Below are positions 19,190-28,132 of a DNA stretch of 64,000 nt, in pieces (position 1 is the first letter of the stretch; every line of letters starts with the position of its first letter). The DNA comes from an uncultured Methylococcus sp. (lineage in GTDB: Bacteria; Pseudomonadota; Gammaproteobacteria; Methylococcales; Methylococcaceae). A program made the position numbers and the translations under genes. The DNA lies in contig CAILMG010000176.1 of assembly GCA_903835265.1 (NCBI GenBank), forward strand, positions 19,283 through 83,282. Reading direction: 5' to 3'. Under the pieces are notes generated by a model that saw only the letters and a program-made list of their open reading frames with translations, made no database searches and was not told where the DNA came from.

Positions 19190-20490
19190 TAGAGCTCACT
19201 TCCTAAGTCTGAACCTGGCAGAGTGGCTTTGAAGGCGTCACGGACCGACGCTCTCGCCCCTTCGTGGTCGATCCGCTCAATCAGTTCATTGGCAAAGGCA
19301 AAGGTCAACATATGGCGAGCCTCCTGTTCTCCGATGCCTCGAGACTGAAGAGTAAAAACCGCTTCTTCATCGAGTTGGCCGACGGTGACGCCGTGGGAAC
19401 ATTTGACATCGTCCGCATGGATCTCAAGTTGCGGTTTGGCATCGATCTCTGCGTCACCCGATAGGAGGAGATTCCGAATGCTCATGCCGGCATCGGTCTT
19501 CTCAGCGCCAGGGTCGACGACAATGCGTCCGGTGAAAACCCCTCTGCCGCGCTCGTTCGCGATCCCCCTAAAATTCTGCCGGCTTGAGGCATGTGTCCCG
19601 CCATGATCGAGGCGGGTCTCGACGTCTTGGTGTTGGCGTCCAGAGGCCAACAGAAGTCCTTCGAGTTCGCACTCAGCGGAGGATCCCAGTTGGGCGTGTA
19701 TTTCGGTTCTAGACCAAAGGGCGCCAAGGCTCGCGAGGTGCCCTTGATAGCGCGCCGACCTTTTTAGTTTGAGGCGAAGGCCGCTGAAGTGATGGCTGGC
19801 CTTTCCTTCCCGCTGCAATCTGACATGCCGGAGGGAAGCATTTTCATCCATCACGGCATAGGTCATGCTGGTGGTCAGTGAGGGATGGTCGTTTGGTCCT
19901 ATGAAGACTTCGATGAGATGGGCTTGTGCACCTTTTGCCAGCCTAAGGCGATGCTGCAGGGTGTTGAGGCCTTGCGCTTGCTGGGTCAGATGAAGGACGA
20001 CAATCGGTTTTTCAAGGCGGTAGTTTGGCTGGATATCGAGACAGAGGCCATCGCTGAAGAGGGCTGTATTGAAATCTTCAAGCCGGTGGCAGGAGGCCGC
20101 TGCTGCGGTGTCTTCAAAGAGACCTTGAAGGTCTTCCCCAGGGGTTCTAAGGGCGAGGCTCAGGGGCTTCAGCTGGACCTCTTCAGGGAGTCCCTCAAGG
20201 CATGAGGCGGCCGCAACATAGTGACCATCGACGAAGACCACCGAGTAGGCCTCCTTCAGGAGCTCAAGGTCGACAGGCTCTGATGGGACCCCGCTCATGG
20301 CCTCTGCGGGCGTGAAGCGGACTCTTTCGAGTGATCGAAGCGGGGTGTAGCGCCATCCCTCCTCGAGGGGGTTTGGGAACCCTTGGGCTACAAACCGTTC
20401 CCGGGCCGGAGCCCTCAGGGCCTCAAGCCAAGGGAATAGCTGTCCTTCGCCCGTTTTAAAAAAAGCCTGATAGTGTTCCACGGAGTCCAT
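19189..20490 (-). CDS. sufD: Fe-S cluster assembly protein SufD
   Basis: 433 aa with the beta-helix SufBD domain. Position between sufC and sufS fits. The stop overlaps the sufS ATG (TAATG). Confidence 0.9.
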   Translation of the reverse strand: MDSVEHYQAFFKTGEGQLFPWLEALRAPARERFVAQGFPNPLEEGWRYTPLRSLERVRFTPAEAMSGVPSEPVDLELLKEAYSVVFVDGHYVAAASCLEGLPEEVQLKPLSLALRTPGEDLQGLFEDTAAAASCHRLEDFNTALFSDGLCLDIQPNYRLEKPIVVLHLTQQAQGLNTLQHRLRLAKGAQAHLIEVFIGPNDHPSLTTSMTYAVMDENASLRHVRLQREGKASHHFSGLRLKLKRSARYQGHLASLGALWSRTEIHAQLGSSAECELEGLLLASGRQHQDVETRLDHGGTHASSRQNFRGIANERGRGVFTGRIVVDPGAEKTDAGMSIRNLLLSGDAEIDAKPQLEIHADDVKCSHGVTVGQLDEEAVFTLQSRGIGEQEARHMLTFAFANELIERIDHEGARASVRDAFKATLPGSDLGSEL

Positions 20491-20503
20491 AATATGCTGG
20501 TCC

Positions 20504-21256
20504 TCAGTGGTTCAAGCTGGGGTCGATCCAGCCGTAGCCACGCGCCTCCAGTTCCAGCGCGAGTTCAGGACCGCCCGACTTGACGATGCGGCCCTGAGCC
20601 AACACGTGGACGACATCGGGCTTGATGTAGTCGAGGAGTCGCTGATAATGCGTCACCATAATGAAGGAGCGCGTCGGAGAGCGAAGGGCATTGACGCCGT
20701 CCGCAACAATCTTGAGTGCATCGATATCAAGACCTGAATCGGTTTCATCCAGAATGCATAGTCTCGGTTCGAGAATGGCCATCTGAAGGATTTCGTTCCG
20801 CTTTTTTTCGCCGCCTGAAAAGCCCTCGTTGACGCCTCGATAGAGGAACTGCTCATCGAGGCTTAGGCTCTTGATCTTCGCTTTCACGAGTTGCAGGAAG
20901 TCCATCGCGTCGACCTCGGTTTGGCCGTGGTGCTTTCGGATGGCGTTGAGTGCCGCTTTGAGTAAGTAAATGTTACTCACCCCCGGAATCTCAACGGGGT
21001 ACTGAAAGGCCAGGAAGATCCCCTCTCGGGCCCTTTCTTCGGGCTTCATGGCGAGAAGGTCCTTCCCTTCGTAGGTCACCGAGCCATGGGTCACCTGGTA
21101 GCCTTCGCGTCCAGCCAGACTGTTGGAGAGGGTGCTCTTGCCAGATCCGTTTGGGCCCATGATGGCGTGGACTTCGCCGGGTTTAATGTCAAGGCTGATG
21201 CCTTTGAGGATGGCCTGCTCGTCGGCTTTGGCTTCAAGGTTTTGAATGCTTAGCAT
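20504..21256 (-). CDS. sufC: Fe-S cluster assembly ATPase SufC
   Basis: 250 aa. Walker A is GPNGSGKST, the ABC signature is FSGGEKKR, and Walker B is ILDETDSGLD. Confidence 0.95.
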   Translation of the reverse strand: MLSIQNLEAKADEQAILKGISLDIKPGEVHAIMGPNGSGKSTLSNSLAGREGYQVTHGSVTYEGKDLLAMKPEERAREGIFLAFQYPVEIPGVSNIYLLKAALNAIRKHHGQTEVDAMDFLQLVKAKIKSLSLDEQFLYRGVNEGFSGGEKKRNEILQMAILEPRLCILDETDSGLDIDALKIVADGVNALRSPTRSFIMVTHYQRLLDYIKPDVVHVLAQGRIVKSGGPELALELEARGYGWIDPSLNH

Positions 21257-21291
21257 GGTGTTGATTCGATGGAGTAATTTAATTCTAGGGG

Positions 21292-22743
21292 TTATCCCAC
21301 GCTGCCTTCGAGGCTAATGCCTAATAGGGCTTGGGCTTCCACGGCAAATTCCATGGGCAGCTCCTTAAAAACTTGCTTGCAGAAGCCGTTGACAATCATC
21401 GAGACGGCATCCTCGGCTGAAAGGCCGCGTTGCTGGCAAAAAAACAATTGATCCTCGCTGATCTTCGCCGTGGTGGCTTCATGCTCCAGCCGTGCGGTAG
21501 GTTCCTTGACCTCGATGTAGGGGAAGGTGTGGGCGCCGCATTTGGGGCCGATCAGGAGCGAATCACACTGGGTGTAGTTGCGGGCATTGATGGCGCCAGG
21601 AAGGATCTTGACCTGTCCCCTGTAGGTGTTTTCAGCGCGTCCTGCCGAAATACCCTTCGAAATGATGGTGCTCTTGGTGTTTTTTCCGACATGGATCATC
21701 TTGGTCCCGGTGTCCGCCTGTTGACGGTGGTTAGAAACGGCGACCGAGTAGAATTCTCCTATCGAATGATCGCCTCGGAGGATGCAGCTTGGATACTTCC
21801 AGGTGATGGCGGAGCCGGTTTCGACCTGGGTCCATGAGATTTTAGCGTGGTGCCCTCGGCAGTCACCGCGCTTGGTCACAAAATTATAGATACCGCCCCG
21901 ACCCTCCTCGTCGCCGGGATACCAGTTCTGAACCGTTGAGTATTTGATCTCGGCATGATCAAGAGCAATGAGTTCGACCACGGCAGCGTGCAACTGGTTT
22001 TCATCTCGCATCGGCGCGGTGCAGCCCTCGAGGTAGCTGACGTGGGTGTTTTCCTCGGCGATGATCAGGGTTCTCTCAAACTGACCGGTGTTGGCCGCAT
22101 TGATTCTGAAGTAGGTGGACAGCTCCATAGGGCAGCGAACGCCCTTTGGAATAAAAACAAAGGATCCATCTGAAAAAACCGCGGCATTGAGGGCTGCAAA
22201 GAAATTATCAGACGGTGGGACCACCGATCCAAGATATTGCTGGATCAGCTCAGGGTGGGTGTGGACGGCTTCTGAGAAGGAGCAAAAGATGACCCCGGCC
22301 TCTTTTAGCTTGTCCTTGAAAGTGGTTGCGACGGAGACGCTGTCAAAGACGGCATCGACCGCTACCCCGGCCAGTCGCTCCTGCTCATGAAGGGGGATGC
22401 CTAGTTTTTTATAGGTTTCGATCAGCTTAGGATCCACCTCGTTGAGACTTTTAGGGGCCTCTTTGACCTTGGGGGCTGAATAATAGCTGATGCTGTTGTA
22501 ATCGATGGCCTGATAATCGAGATAGGCCCAATCAGGTTCGCGCATCGTCAGCCATTGCTGATAGGCCTTGAGGCGCCAGGCCAGCATGAAGGGCGGCTCG
22601 TTCTTACGGGCGGATATGGCGCGGATGACGTCTTCGTTTAATCCCGGAGGCAGGGTATCCGCTTCAAGGTCGGTCACAAACCCGGGTTTGTATTCCTTCT
22701 GGATCAGATTATCGATTTGTTCTTGGGATGCGGACATCGTCAT
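21292..22743 (-). CDS. sufB: Fe-S cluster assembly scaffold SufB
   Basis: 483 aa with highly conserved SufB blocks (...[11 protein letters not shown]..., ...[17 protein letters not shown]...). Confidence 0.95.
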   Translation of the reverse strand: MTMSASQEQIDNLIQKEYKPGFVTDLEADTLPPGLNEDVIRAISARKNEPPFMLAWRLKAYQQWLTMREPDWAYLDYQAIDYNSISYYSAPKVKEAPKSLNEVDPKLIETYKKLGIPLHEQERLAGVAVDAVFDSVSVATTFKDKLKEAGVIFCSFSEAVHTHPELIQQYLGSVVPPSDNFFAALNAAVFSDGSFVFIPKGVRCPMELSTYFRINAANTGQFERTLIIAEENTHVSYLEGCTAPMRDENQLHAAVVELIALDHAEIKYSTVQNWYPGDEEGRGGIYNFVTKRGDCRGHHAKISWTQVETGSAITWKYPSCILRGDHSIGEFYSVAVSNHRQQADTGTKMIHVGKNTKSTIISKGISAGRAENTYRGQVKILPGAINARNYTQCDSLLIGPKCGAHTFPYIEVKEPTARLEHEATTAKISEDQLFFCQQRGLSAEDAVSMIVNGFCKQVFKELPMEFAVEAQALLGISLEGSVG

Positions 22744-23216
22744 TGCTCCGGGTTTCGTCTTGGCTGAAAGGTGATGTCTTTGACGGGAATATGAAAGCCA
22801 TCGGATCCCATGGTCGGGGTGATCGCCATATCGGCCAGGGTAACGGCCTCGAGGGCGGTACGAATGGCGCGATTGATCACCGACCAGTTGCCGCGGACAT
22901 TGCAGGAGGACGCCTGCTCGCAGTGGTTGAGGTCAATGCTGCATTCGGTCAGGGCGATGGGTCCCTCAAGGGCTGCAATGATACTGGCGATGGACGTCTT
23001 TTCGGGTGTTTGGGCTAATTGATAGCCCCCTTTGGCGCCTCGGGTTGAGCGAACCACGTGAGCCTTGACCAGGGCCTTCAGTACCTTACTGACCGTTGGG
23101 CCCCCGATTCCGGCCGAACCTGCAAGGTCATTGGCGGCAAAGGTTTGTGAGGGCGCTTTGGCCATATGGCCAAGAATGATGATGGCGTAGTCGCTGAGTT
23201 TACTGATGCGGAGCAT
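22740..23216 (-). CDS. Rrf2-family (IscR/SufR-like) transcriptional regulator of the suf operon
   Basis: 158 aa. The N-terminal wHTH begins [11 protein letters not shown]. Three-Cys cluster-ligand spacing is present ([14 protein letters not shown]). A 4-nt overlap links it to sufB. Confidence 0.85.
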   Translation of the reverse strand: MLRISKLSDYAIIILGHMAKAPSQTFAANDLAGSAGIGGPTVSKVLKALVKAHVVRSTRGAKGGYQLAQTPEKTSIASIIAALEGPIALTECSIDLNHCEQASSCNVRGNWSVINRAIRTALEAVTLADMAITPTMGSDGFHIPVKDITFQPRRNPEQ

Positions 23217-23235
23217 GATGGCCTCGTTTATTGCG

Positions 23236-23248
23236 GACCATTTTAGTC
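23236..23248. promoter_or_regulatory. Candidate Rrf2/IscR type-1-like operator upstream of the suf regulator gene
   Basis: GACCATTTTAGTC matches 12 of 13 positions of the core GACTRWWWYAGTC of the E. coli IscR type-1 motif (recalled from the literature). It lies 20-32 bp upstream of the regulator start codon. Confidence 0.4.
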
Positions 23249-23367
23249 CTCTTTAAATCCCCAGTAAAGTCCTAGGTTAATGGCAGCGCTTTGGGTGGCT
23301 ATACTGCGCTTGTGGTGGATTTTATGTCTGAGAGGCCCCGTGTTGGCCCAGGTGGTTACATCGTTCT

Positions 23368-25044
23368 ATGGTGGGTCGATCATTTTTTTCGTTGTTATTG
23401 TGCCTCTGGGTCCAGGGGGCTTTGCTGGCGGCGGATGGGGGTTTTCAGGCGGACCTTTCAAGGTGGCTGAAGCTTGGCCGGATCGCCGGGCTCCGCTATG
23501 AGCCGCTATCGGATGTGGCTAGGCCTTTGGCGGCGATCTATGAAGGGTCTTCTCATCAGCCGGTGTGGCTTCATGGTGGGCGCCCGACGGCCGCCGCAAA
23601 GTCGATGGTGGCGATGCTGGGAAGTTCGGAAGATCTGGGGCTTCGATGGGAAGATTATGATGTCGCTTGGCTCCAGGAAACGCTTCGGAGGGCCTCTCAA
23701 GGCCCTTTGGCCTCGGAGGAGGCGTCCCGTTTTGATCTGGTCTTAACGGTTTCAAGCCTCAGATTTCTGAGGCATGTCTCGGTCGGCCATGTCCAGCCGC
23801 GGGCCGTGGGTTTCAATATTGAGCCAAGACGGATCGATGGGGCTTTAGAACTCCCCAAGATCTTTTTGGGGGAGAGCCCCCGAAAGGTGGTGATGGCGCT
23901 TGAGCCTAGTTTTCCTATTTATAGGCCTTTGAAGGAGGCACTGAAGCGCTATCGGTTACTGGCGAGGGAGTTGCCTCATCCGCGCTTTGGCTTTCCGGTT
24001 CTCTTTCGCCCCGGTATGCAGCACCCAGATGTCCCTGCGCTTCGGAAGCTTTTGACCGCTCTCGGTGATCTTCCTGCGCCCACGGCAAAGGATCAGGGCT
24101 CTGAACTTTATGATCCCCTGTTGGCGGGCGCGGTCAAGGCCTTCCAGATGCGTCATGGCATTGGCGAGGATGGCGTGATAGGGCAAGCCACCCTCAAGCG
24201 GCTATCGACCCCCATTCCCGACCGCTTGAAGCAGATTGAGATGGGACTTGAGCGTTTGAGGTGGCTTCCTGCCGATATCAGGGGGTATTACCTGATTGTA
24301 AATATCCCCGCCTTTAAGCTGTATGGGGCCCGTGCCGGTGAGGGGTTAGGGCAGCATGATCTCCAAATGAACGTGGTCGTCGGTGAGGCGATGGATGGAC
24401 GCACGACCCCAGTCTTTCGATCGGATATGACCCTGGTGACCTTTAGGCCCTATTGGAATGTTCCTGAAGCCATTGCGGTCAAGGAATTGGTCCCTGAGTT
24501 TCTTCATCATCCGGAGTTGATGGGCGCGCGTTCGATGGAGATCGTCCCTGATTTCTCATTAAAATCAGTGCCTTTGGAGCCGAGTGAGGCGAACCTTCAA
24601 AAGGTGCTGGCAGGCCAGCTTAAGCTCCGTCAGCGGCCTTCAGAGGAGAATGCCTTAGGCCTTTTCAAGTTCTCATTCCCGAACACCAATAACGTCTATC
24701 TTCATAGTACCCCGGCAAAGAGTCTCTTCGGTCGGGATCGGCGAGACTTTAGTCACGGCTGTATTCGTGTTCAAGATCCCTTAAGGCTCGCCGAATGGGT
24801 CCTTCAAGATAATGGCGATTGGCCGCGAGAGCGCATTGAGGTGATGACCAAAGGCGATCAGACCAAGACGATCACGCTGAAGAGGCCCATTCCGGTTTAT
24901 ATTCTTTATTCGACGGTCATGGCTGACCAGGGAGGGCGAATCAGCTTCTTTGAGGACATCTATGGTCATGATCGAACCCTCCAAGTCCTCTTGGCTAAAG
25001 GGCCGCCTTATTTGCCTGCGGCGGCGGTGCCTAGTCGGCCATGA
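23368..25044 (+). CDS. L,D-transpeptidase, YcbB/LdtD-like (PG-binding domain + YkuD domain)
   Basis: 558 aa with a signal peptide. The PG_binding_1-like segment is ...LAGAVKAFQMRHGIGEDGVIGQATL.... The YkuD catalytic motif is HSTP...SHGCIRV. Confidence 0.9.
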   Translation: MVGRSFFSLLLCLWVQGALLAADGGFQADLSRWLKLGRIAGLRYEPLSDVARPLAAIYEGSSHQPVWLHGGRPTAAAKSMVAMLGSSEDLGLRWEDYDVAWLQETLRRASQGPLASEEASRFDLVLTVSSLRFLRHVSVGHVQPRAVGFNIEPRRIDGALELPKIFLGESPRKVVMALEPSFPIYRPLKEALKRYRLLARELPHPRFGFPVLFRPGMQHPDVPALRKLLTALGDLPAPTAKDQGSELYDPLLAGAVKAFQMRHGIGEDGVIGQATLKRLSTPIPDRLKQIEMGLERLRWLPADIRGYYLIVNIPAFKLYGARAGEGLGQHDLQMNVVVGEAMDGRTTPVFRSDMTLVTFRPYWNVPEAIAVKELVPEFLHHPELMGARSMEIVPDFSLKSVPLEPSEANLQKVLAGQLKLRQRPSEENALGLFKFSFPNTNNVYLHSTPAKSLFGRDRRDFSHGCIRVQDPLRLAEWVLQDNGDWPRERIEVMTKGDQTKTITLKRPIPVYILYSTVMADQGGRISFFEDIYGHDRTLQVLLAKGPPYLPAAAVPSRP

Positions 25045-25240
25045 GGTCGAAGACGAGTTCGATGGTTTTTCCGGTGTCGGTGTTGAGGGCGGTAAAGGTC
25101 GCCGCCTGATCGTCCATGCGGACGCATTCGATTTCAACGGGAGGATCCTCGTAATCTTCCGGGGCGATCTCGAGTTGGTCCATCAGCCGCTGGTTTTCTT
25201 CGGCGGATAACTCCATGTTCCCTTCTTCATCAATCCGCAT
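25031..25240 (-). CDS. Small, very acidic hypothetical protein (69 aa)
   Basis: The ORF lies 24 bp downstream of the YcbK-like gene on the same strand. AGGAG lies about 11 nt upstream of the ATG. No family was recognised. Its 3' end overlaps the 3' end of the L,D-transpeptidase gene by 14 bp. Confidence 0.45.
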   Translation of the reverse strand: MRIDEEGNMELSAEENQRLMDQLEIAPEDYEDPPVEIECVRMDDQAATFTALNTDTGKTIELVFDLMAD

Positions 25241-25264
25241 GGGGGGTTGAGCTCCTGATCAGGC

Positions 25265-25855
25265 CTACCAGTGACGGATGCTGCCGGTATCGAGATGGAC
25301 GAAGTTTGAGCGGGGGTAGTAACCCACGCCGCCCATAGCCAAGGCTAATCCGACAGAGCGGAGCTCTCGGGTACTGACTTCGTCCATTCTAATATCCACA
25401 GCCTTGCCTTCGATATGCATGCTGTGTTCGGCGACGCCGGAATGAAAGCCACGGAGCCAGCTGTTGGTCTCTGGGGATCGGTATCCTGATAGGATCTTGA
25501 AAGGACCCGTGGCGCCGGTAAAGGCGGAAATCGCAAAAAAGATATCAATCAAGGCGGGGTCCATTTCTCGAACCTCATCGGCATGATGGTCGCGCAGCAA
25601 GCTACTGAAGCGGAGGCGGGTTTCCCGGTCGTAATCCTTTTCAGGACAGCAGCGGATGGCCAACTCCTCGTCGGTGTGGACATTATGGAATCGAAGCGTC
25701 CTCTCGCTCGCGAGGTTCGCTGCCCGGGCTGGGGCTCCTTGAAGAAGGAGGCTGCCTGCGGCGGCTATGGAAGAGGCCTTGAGGAAATTTCTCCGGGTGA
25801 TCAGGCCGGAGGCGGCCATAGGTTGGGTAATAATGCGGGTTTCTGGATAACTCAT
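25265..25855 (-). CDS. mepK: YcbK/MepK-like DUF882 (peptidase M15-like) murein endopeptidase, Tat-exported
   Basis: The Tat motif is ITRRNFLKASSIAAAG. The C-terminus ...ILSGYRSPETN...HSMHIEGKAVD...GGVGYYPRSNFVHLDTG..RHW is nearly collinear with E. coli YcbK as I recall it. The ORF-track N-terminal extension (to 25975) is Arg/Pro/Ser-rich and probably untranslated. The start is 25855 or 25819. Confidence 0.8.
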   Translation of the reverse strand: MSYPETRIITQPMAASGLITRRNFLKASSIAAAGSLLLQGAPARAANLASERTLRFHNVHTDEELAIRCCPEKDYDRETRLRFSSLLRDHHADEVREMDPALIDIFFAISAFTGATGPFKILSGYRSPETNSWLRGFHSGVAEHSMHIEGKAVDIRMDEVSTRELRSVGLALAMGGVGYYPRSNFVHLDTGSIRHW

Positions 25856-26035
25856 AGGCAATGACCTTGACGACCACGGAGTCGGTCGGGTGACGCATGA
25901 GCATCGAGGAATTCTCCGCCGTTGATCTATGGGGATCGAGTGCGGGGAATTTCTGGATGCTAGGGCGGGAATCAATTTCCCTGGTTGCTGGGGACACTCT
26001 ACTGGGCTATGAAGGCAGGTTCAAGGGGTTTGGCT

Positions 26036-26089
26036 TGCAATATTGTATGCAATATAGGTGCCAATAAAACGCGCGTTTAAATGCAATAA
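26036..26089. repeat. AT-rich cluster of TGCAATA(T/A) direct repeats in the intergenic region upstream of the YcbK-like gene
   Basis: TGCAATAT occurs at 26036-26043 and 26048-26055. TGCcAATA occurs at 26059-26066, and TGCAATAA at 26082-26089. Confidence 0.6.
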
Positions 26090-26156
26090 ACCCCTGTCGG
26101 CGGGCTTCGAGGCCCGAGAAGTCCAGTATTTCATTTAAGGAAATAAAGAGTTTCTA

Positions 26157-26834
26157 TTATCGAGCAATGATGTCGTCGAAGGTTTTTGCAACAGGATGCT
26201 GTTCTGAGTGGATGGGTTGGTTTTCACGGATCAATTGGGTCGTTGCCATTCCGGCGGCCCTCGCGGCATCCAGTTCGGTTCCGATATCCGATAAAAAAAG
26301 GATACCGGAGGCGGGTTGTCGGGTTGCTCTCGCGATGGCCTTATAGGCTTCTGGGTCTTGCTTAGATCCGATACGGGTGTCAAAAAAATCGGAAAATAGC
26401 GGCGAGAGGTCGCCTTCTTCGGTATGCCCAAACAGCAGCTTTTGGGCCTTTATTGAGCCCGATGAAAACACGTAGAGTTTGAGTCCTTGGGAAGCCCAGA
26501 CTTTCAGCATTCTGGCCGCATCTTCATAAAGGTGTCCGTGGAAGTCGCCTTTTTCATAACCTGCCTCCCAGATGAGCCCTTGCAGGGCTTTGAGCGGGGT
26601 GACCTTTTGATCTTGATCAATCCACGTGAGTAATTGGTCTATGGCTTCTTGTTGCGACAGCACAGCGCCTTTGAGTTGGTTGATCGCCTCAAGTTCTTGC
26701 TGAATCAATGGATCTTGAGCGTGCGCCTTAATGAATCCGGGGAGATGCGCTCTTGAGTAGGGAAAGAGGACGTTCCTCACGAAGGAGAGTGACGATGTGG
26801 TTCCCTCGATATCGGTCAGAATGGATTCAATCAT
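26157..26834 (-). CDS. mtnC: Enolase-phosphatase E1 / acireductone synthase
   Basis: 225 aa. The HAD motif I context is ILTDIEGTTSS. It overlaps mtnD by 4 nt. Confidence 0.9.
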   Translation of the reverse strand: MIESILTDIEGTTSSLSFVRNVLFPYSRAHLPGFIKAHAQDPLIQQELEAINQLKGAVLSQQEAIDQLLTWIDQDQKVTPLKALQGLIWEAGYEKGDFHGHLYEDAARMLKVWASQGLKLYVFSSGSIKAQKLLFGHTEEGDLSPLFSDFFDTRIGSKQDPEAYKAIARATRQPASGILFLSDIGTELDAARAAGMATTQLIRENQPIHSEQHPVAKTFDDIIAR

Positions 26835-27391
26835 CCGCGGGCCTCAAGGAATTCGGCGAGCCTTGGGAACCGATCGGCGATGGGATCTCCGGTGAAGTGG
26901 GCAACCCAGCCTTCAGGATTGGTAAAGAGGCGGATGCACTTAAAGTCAGGCTCAATCCCCATGTCGAACCAATGCCGAACGCCATCAGGCACACTCAGAA
27001 GATCTCCCTTTTCGCACAGCACCAAAAAAACCCGATCTTCGTGATGGAGAGCAAAAAGCCCTCTCCCTTCGACGAAGAAGCGCACCTCAAATTCGTCATG
27101 GGTATGTTCATTGAGAAATTTTGCCCGGAGGGTCTCTCGATCCGGATGGTCTGGCTTGAGGCTCACGACATCGACGGATTGAAACCCATAGAGGTCTTTA
27201 AGGTGATCGATCGCTGGTTGATAAGCCTTGATCACTTCCTCCTGGGAAGCATGATCTGACAGCGGTTGAGAGGCCTCCCAACGCTCAAAAAGGACGCCAA
27301 TATGGCTGAGTTTCTCGGCAATTACGAGAGGATCCCGAACCCATTCAGGGGCCTTTGGGTTGCTGTCGGTGGTGATGGATAAAAGGCTCAT
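26831..27391 (-). CDS. mtnD: Acireductone dioxygenase (ARD, cupin)
   Basis: 186 aa. Cupin His ligands are present (EHTHDEFEVRFF..., ...VPDGVRHWF). It sits between mtnB and mtnC. Confidence 0.9.
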   Translation of the reverse strand: MSLLSITTDSNPKAPEWVRDPLVIAEKLSHIGVLFERWEASQPLSDHASQEEVIKAYQPAIDHLKDLYGFQSVDVVSLKPDHPDRETLRAKFLNEHTHDEFEVRFFVEGRGLFALHHEDRVFLVLCEKGDLLSVPDGVRHWFDMGIEPDFKCIRLFTNPEGWVAHFTGDPIADRFPRLAEFLEARG

Positions 27392-28002
27392 GCGGGGGTT
27401 GCTCCTAAGAGGCGTGATTCAATGTCGAGTAGATATTCAAGGGCTTCGACTTGACGAAGTGCATCCTTGACCGTGGCTCCCCAAGTATAAAAACCATGGC
27501 TTCTGATGATATAGGCCTGGGGATGCGGTTCACGATCGAGCCAGGCGTCTACCGCCCTCTGCAATCGGGGGATGTCCTGATCGTTGTCGAAAATCGGTAT
27601 CCGAACCTTAGTTGCATGCGTGCTGACGCCATCAAAAGCTTTTAATAACTCATAGTTCTCAAGGATGATTTCATCCTTGCGGAGTCTTGACAGAAGGGTG
27701 GCGCCCGGGGAATGCGGATGAAGCACCGAGCCGACCTTCTGGAAGCGCCGATAGAGCGCCGTATGGAGACCCGTCTCAGCAGAAGAGATCTGCCCATCGA
27801 GCGATCGCCCTTCAGTATCGATGAGCATAATATCTGAAGGGGTCAGAGCCCCCTTGTGACGACCCGACACGGTAATGGCGATCCGGCCGTCGGGGAGTCT
27901 TGCCGAAAAGTTGCCACTGGTGGCAGGCACCCAGCCCTTTTGGTCGATGAAGCGTCCGGCTTCAATCAGCTCCTGGCTCAGTCGGTTAAAGTCATCAGAC
28001 AT
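27388..28002 (-). CDS. mtnB: Methylthioribulose-1-phosphate dehydratase (class II aldolase fold)
   Basis: 204 aa. GWVPATSGNFS and HLHPH-type zinc ligands (VLHPHSP) are present. It is the first gene of the mtnBDC set. Confidence 0.9.
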   Translation of the reverse strand: MSDDFNRLSQELIEAGRFIDQKGWVPATSGNFSARLPDGRIAITVSGRHKGALTPSDIMLIDTEGRSLDGQISSAETGLHTALYRRFQKVGSVLHPHSPGATLLSRLRKDEIILENYELLKAFDGVSTHATKVRIPIFDNDQDIPRLQRAVDAWLDREPHPQAYIIRSHGFYTWGATVKDALRQVEALEYLLDIESRLLGATPA

Positions 28003-28132
28003 GCTGGGGCGTCCATAAAAATAAAAAACGGCGGATTTTAGTGATTCCTGTCGGTGACCACAATGACGGGATGGGCTTTCCTCTTATAAGGATACCGCTC
28101 AAAAGTGAACGCTAGGGGACAAGAACATAGCC

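Noticed and set aside
25856-25975. N-terminal 40-residue extension of the DUF882/YcbK-like ORF as given in the ORF track
   Set aside because: The extension (…SRNSPHSIPIDQRRRIPRCSCVTRPTPWSSRSLP) is Arg/Pro/Ser-rich and sits upstream of the Tat signal peptide, which must be N-terminal. A later Met (25855 or 25819) is the likely start.
28003-28132. Possible SAM-type riboswitch or terminator between the last glycosyltransferase and mtnB (CCCGTC..GACAGG stem, later T-run)
   Set aside because: The stem is imperfect and about 20 nt from the T-tract. No conserved SAM-riboswitch core elements were recognisable.
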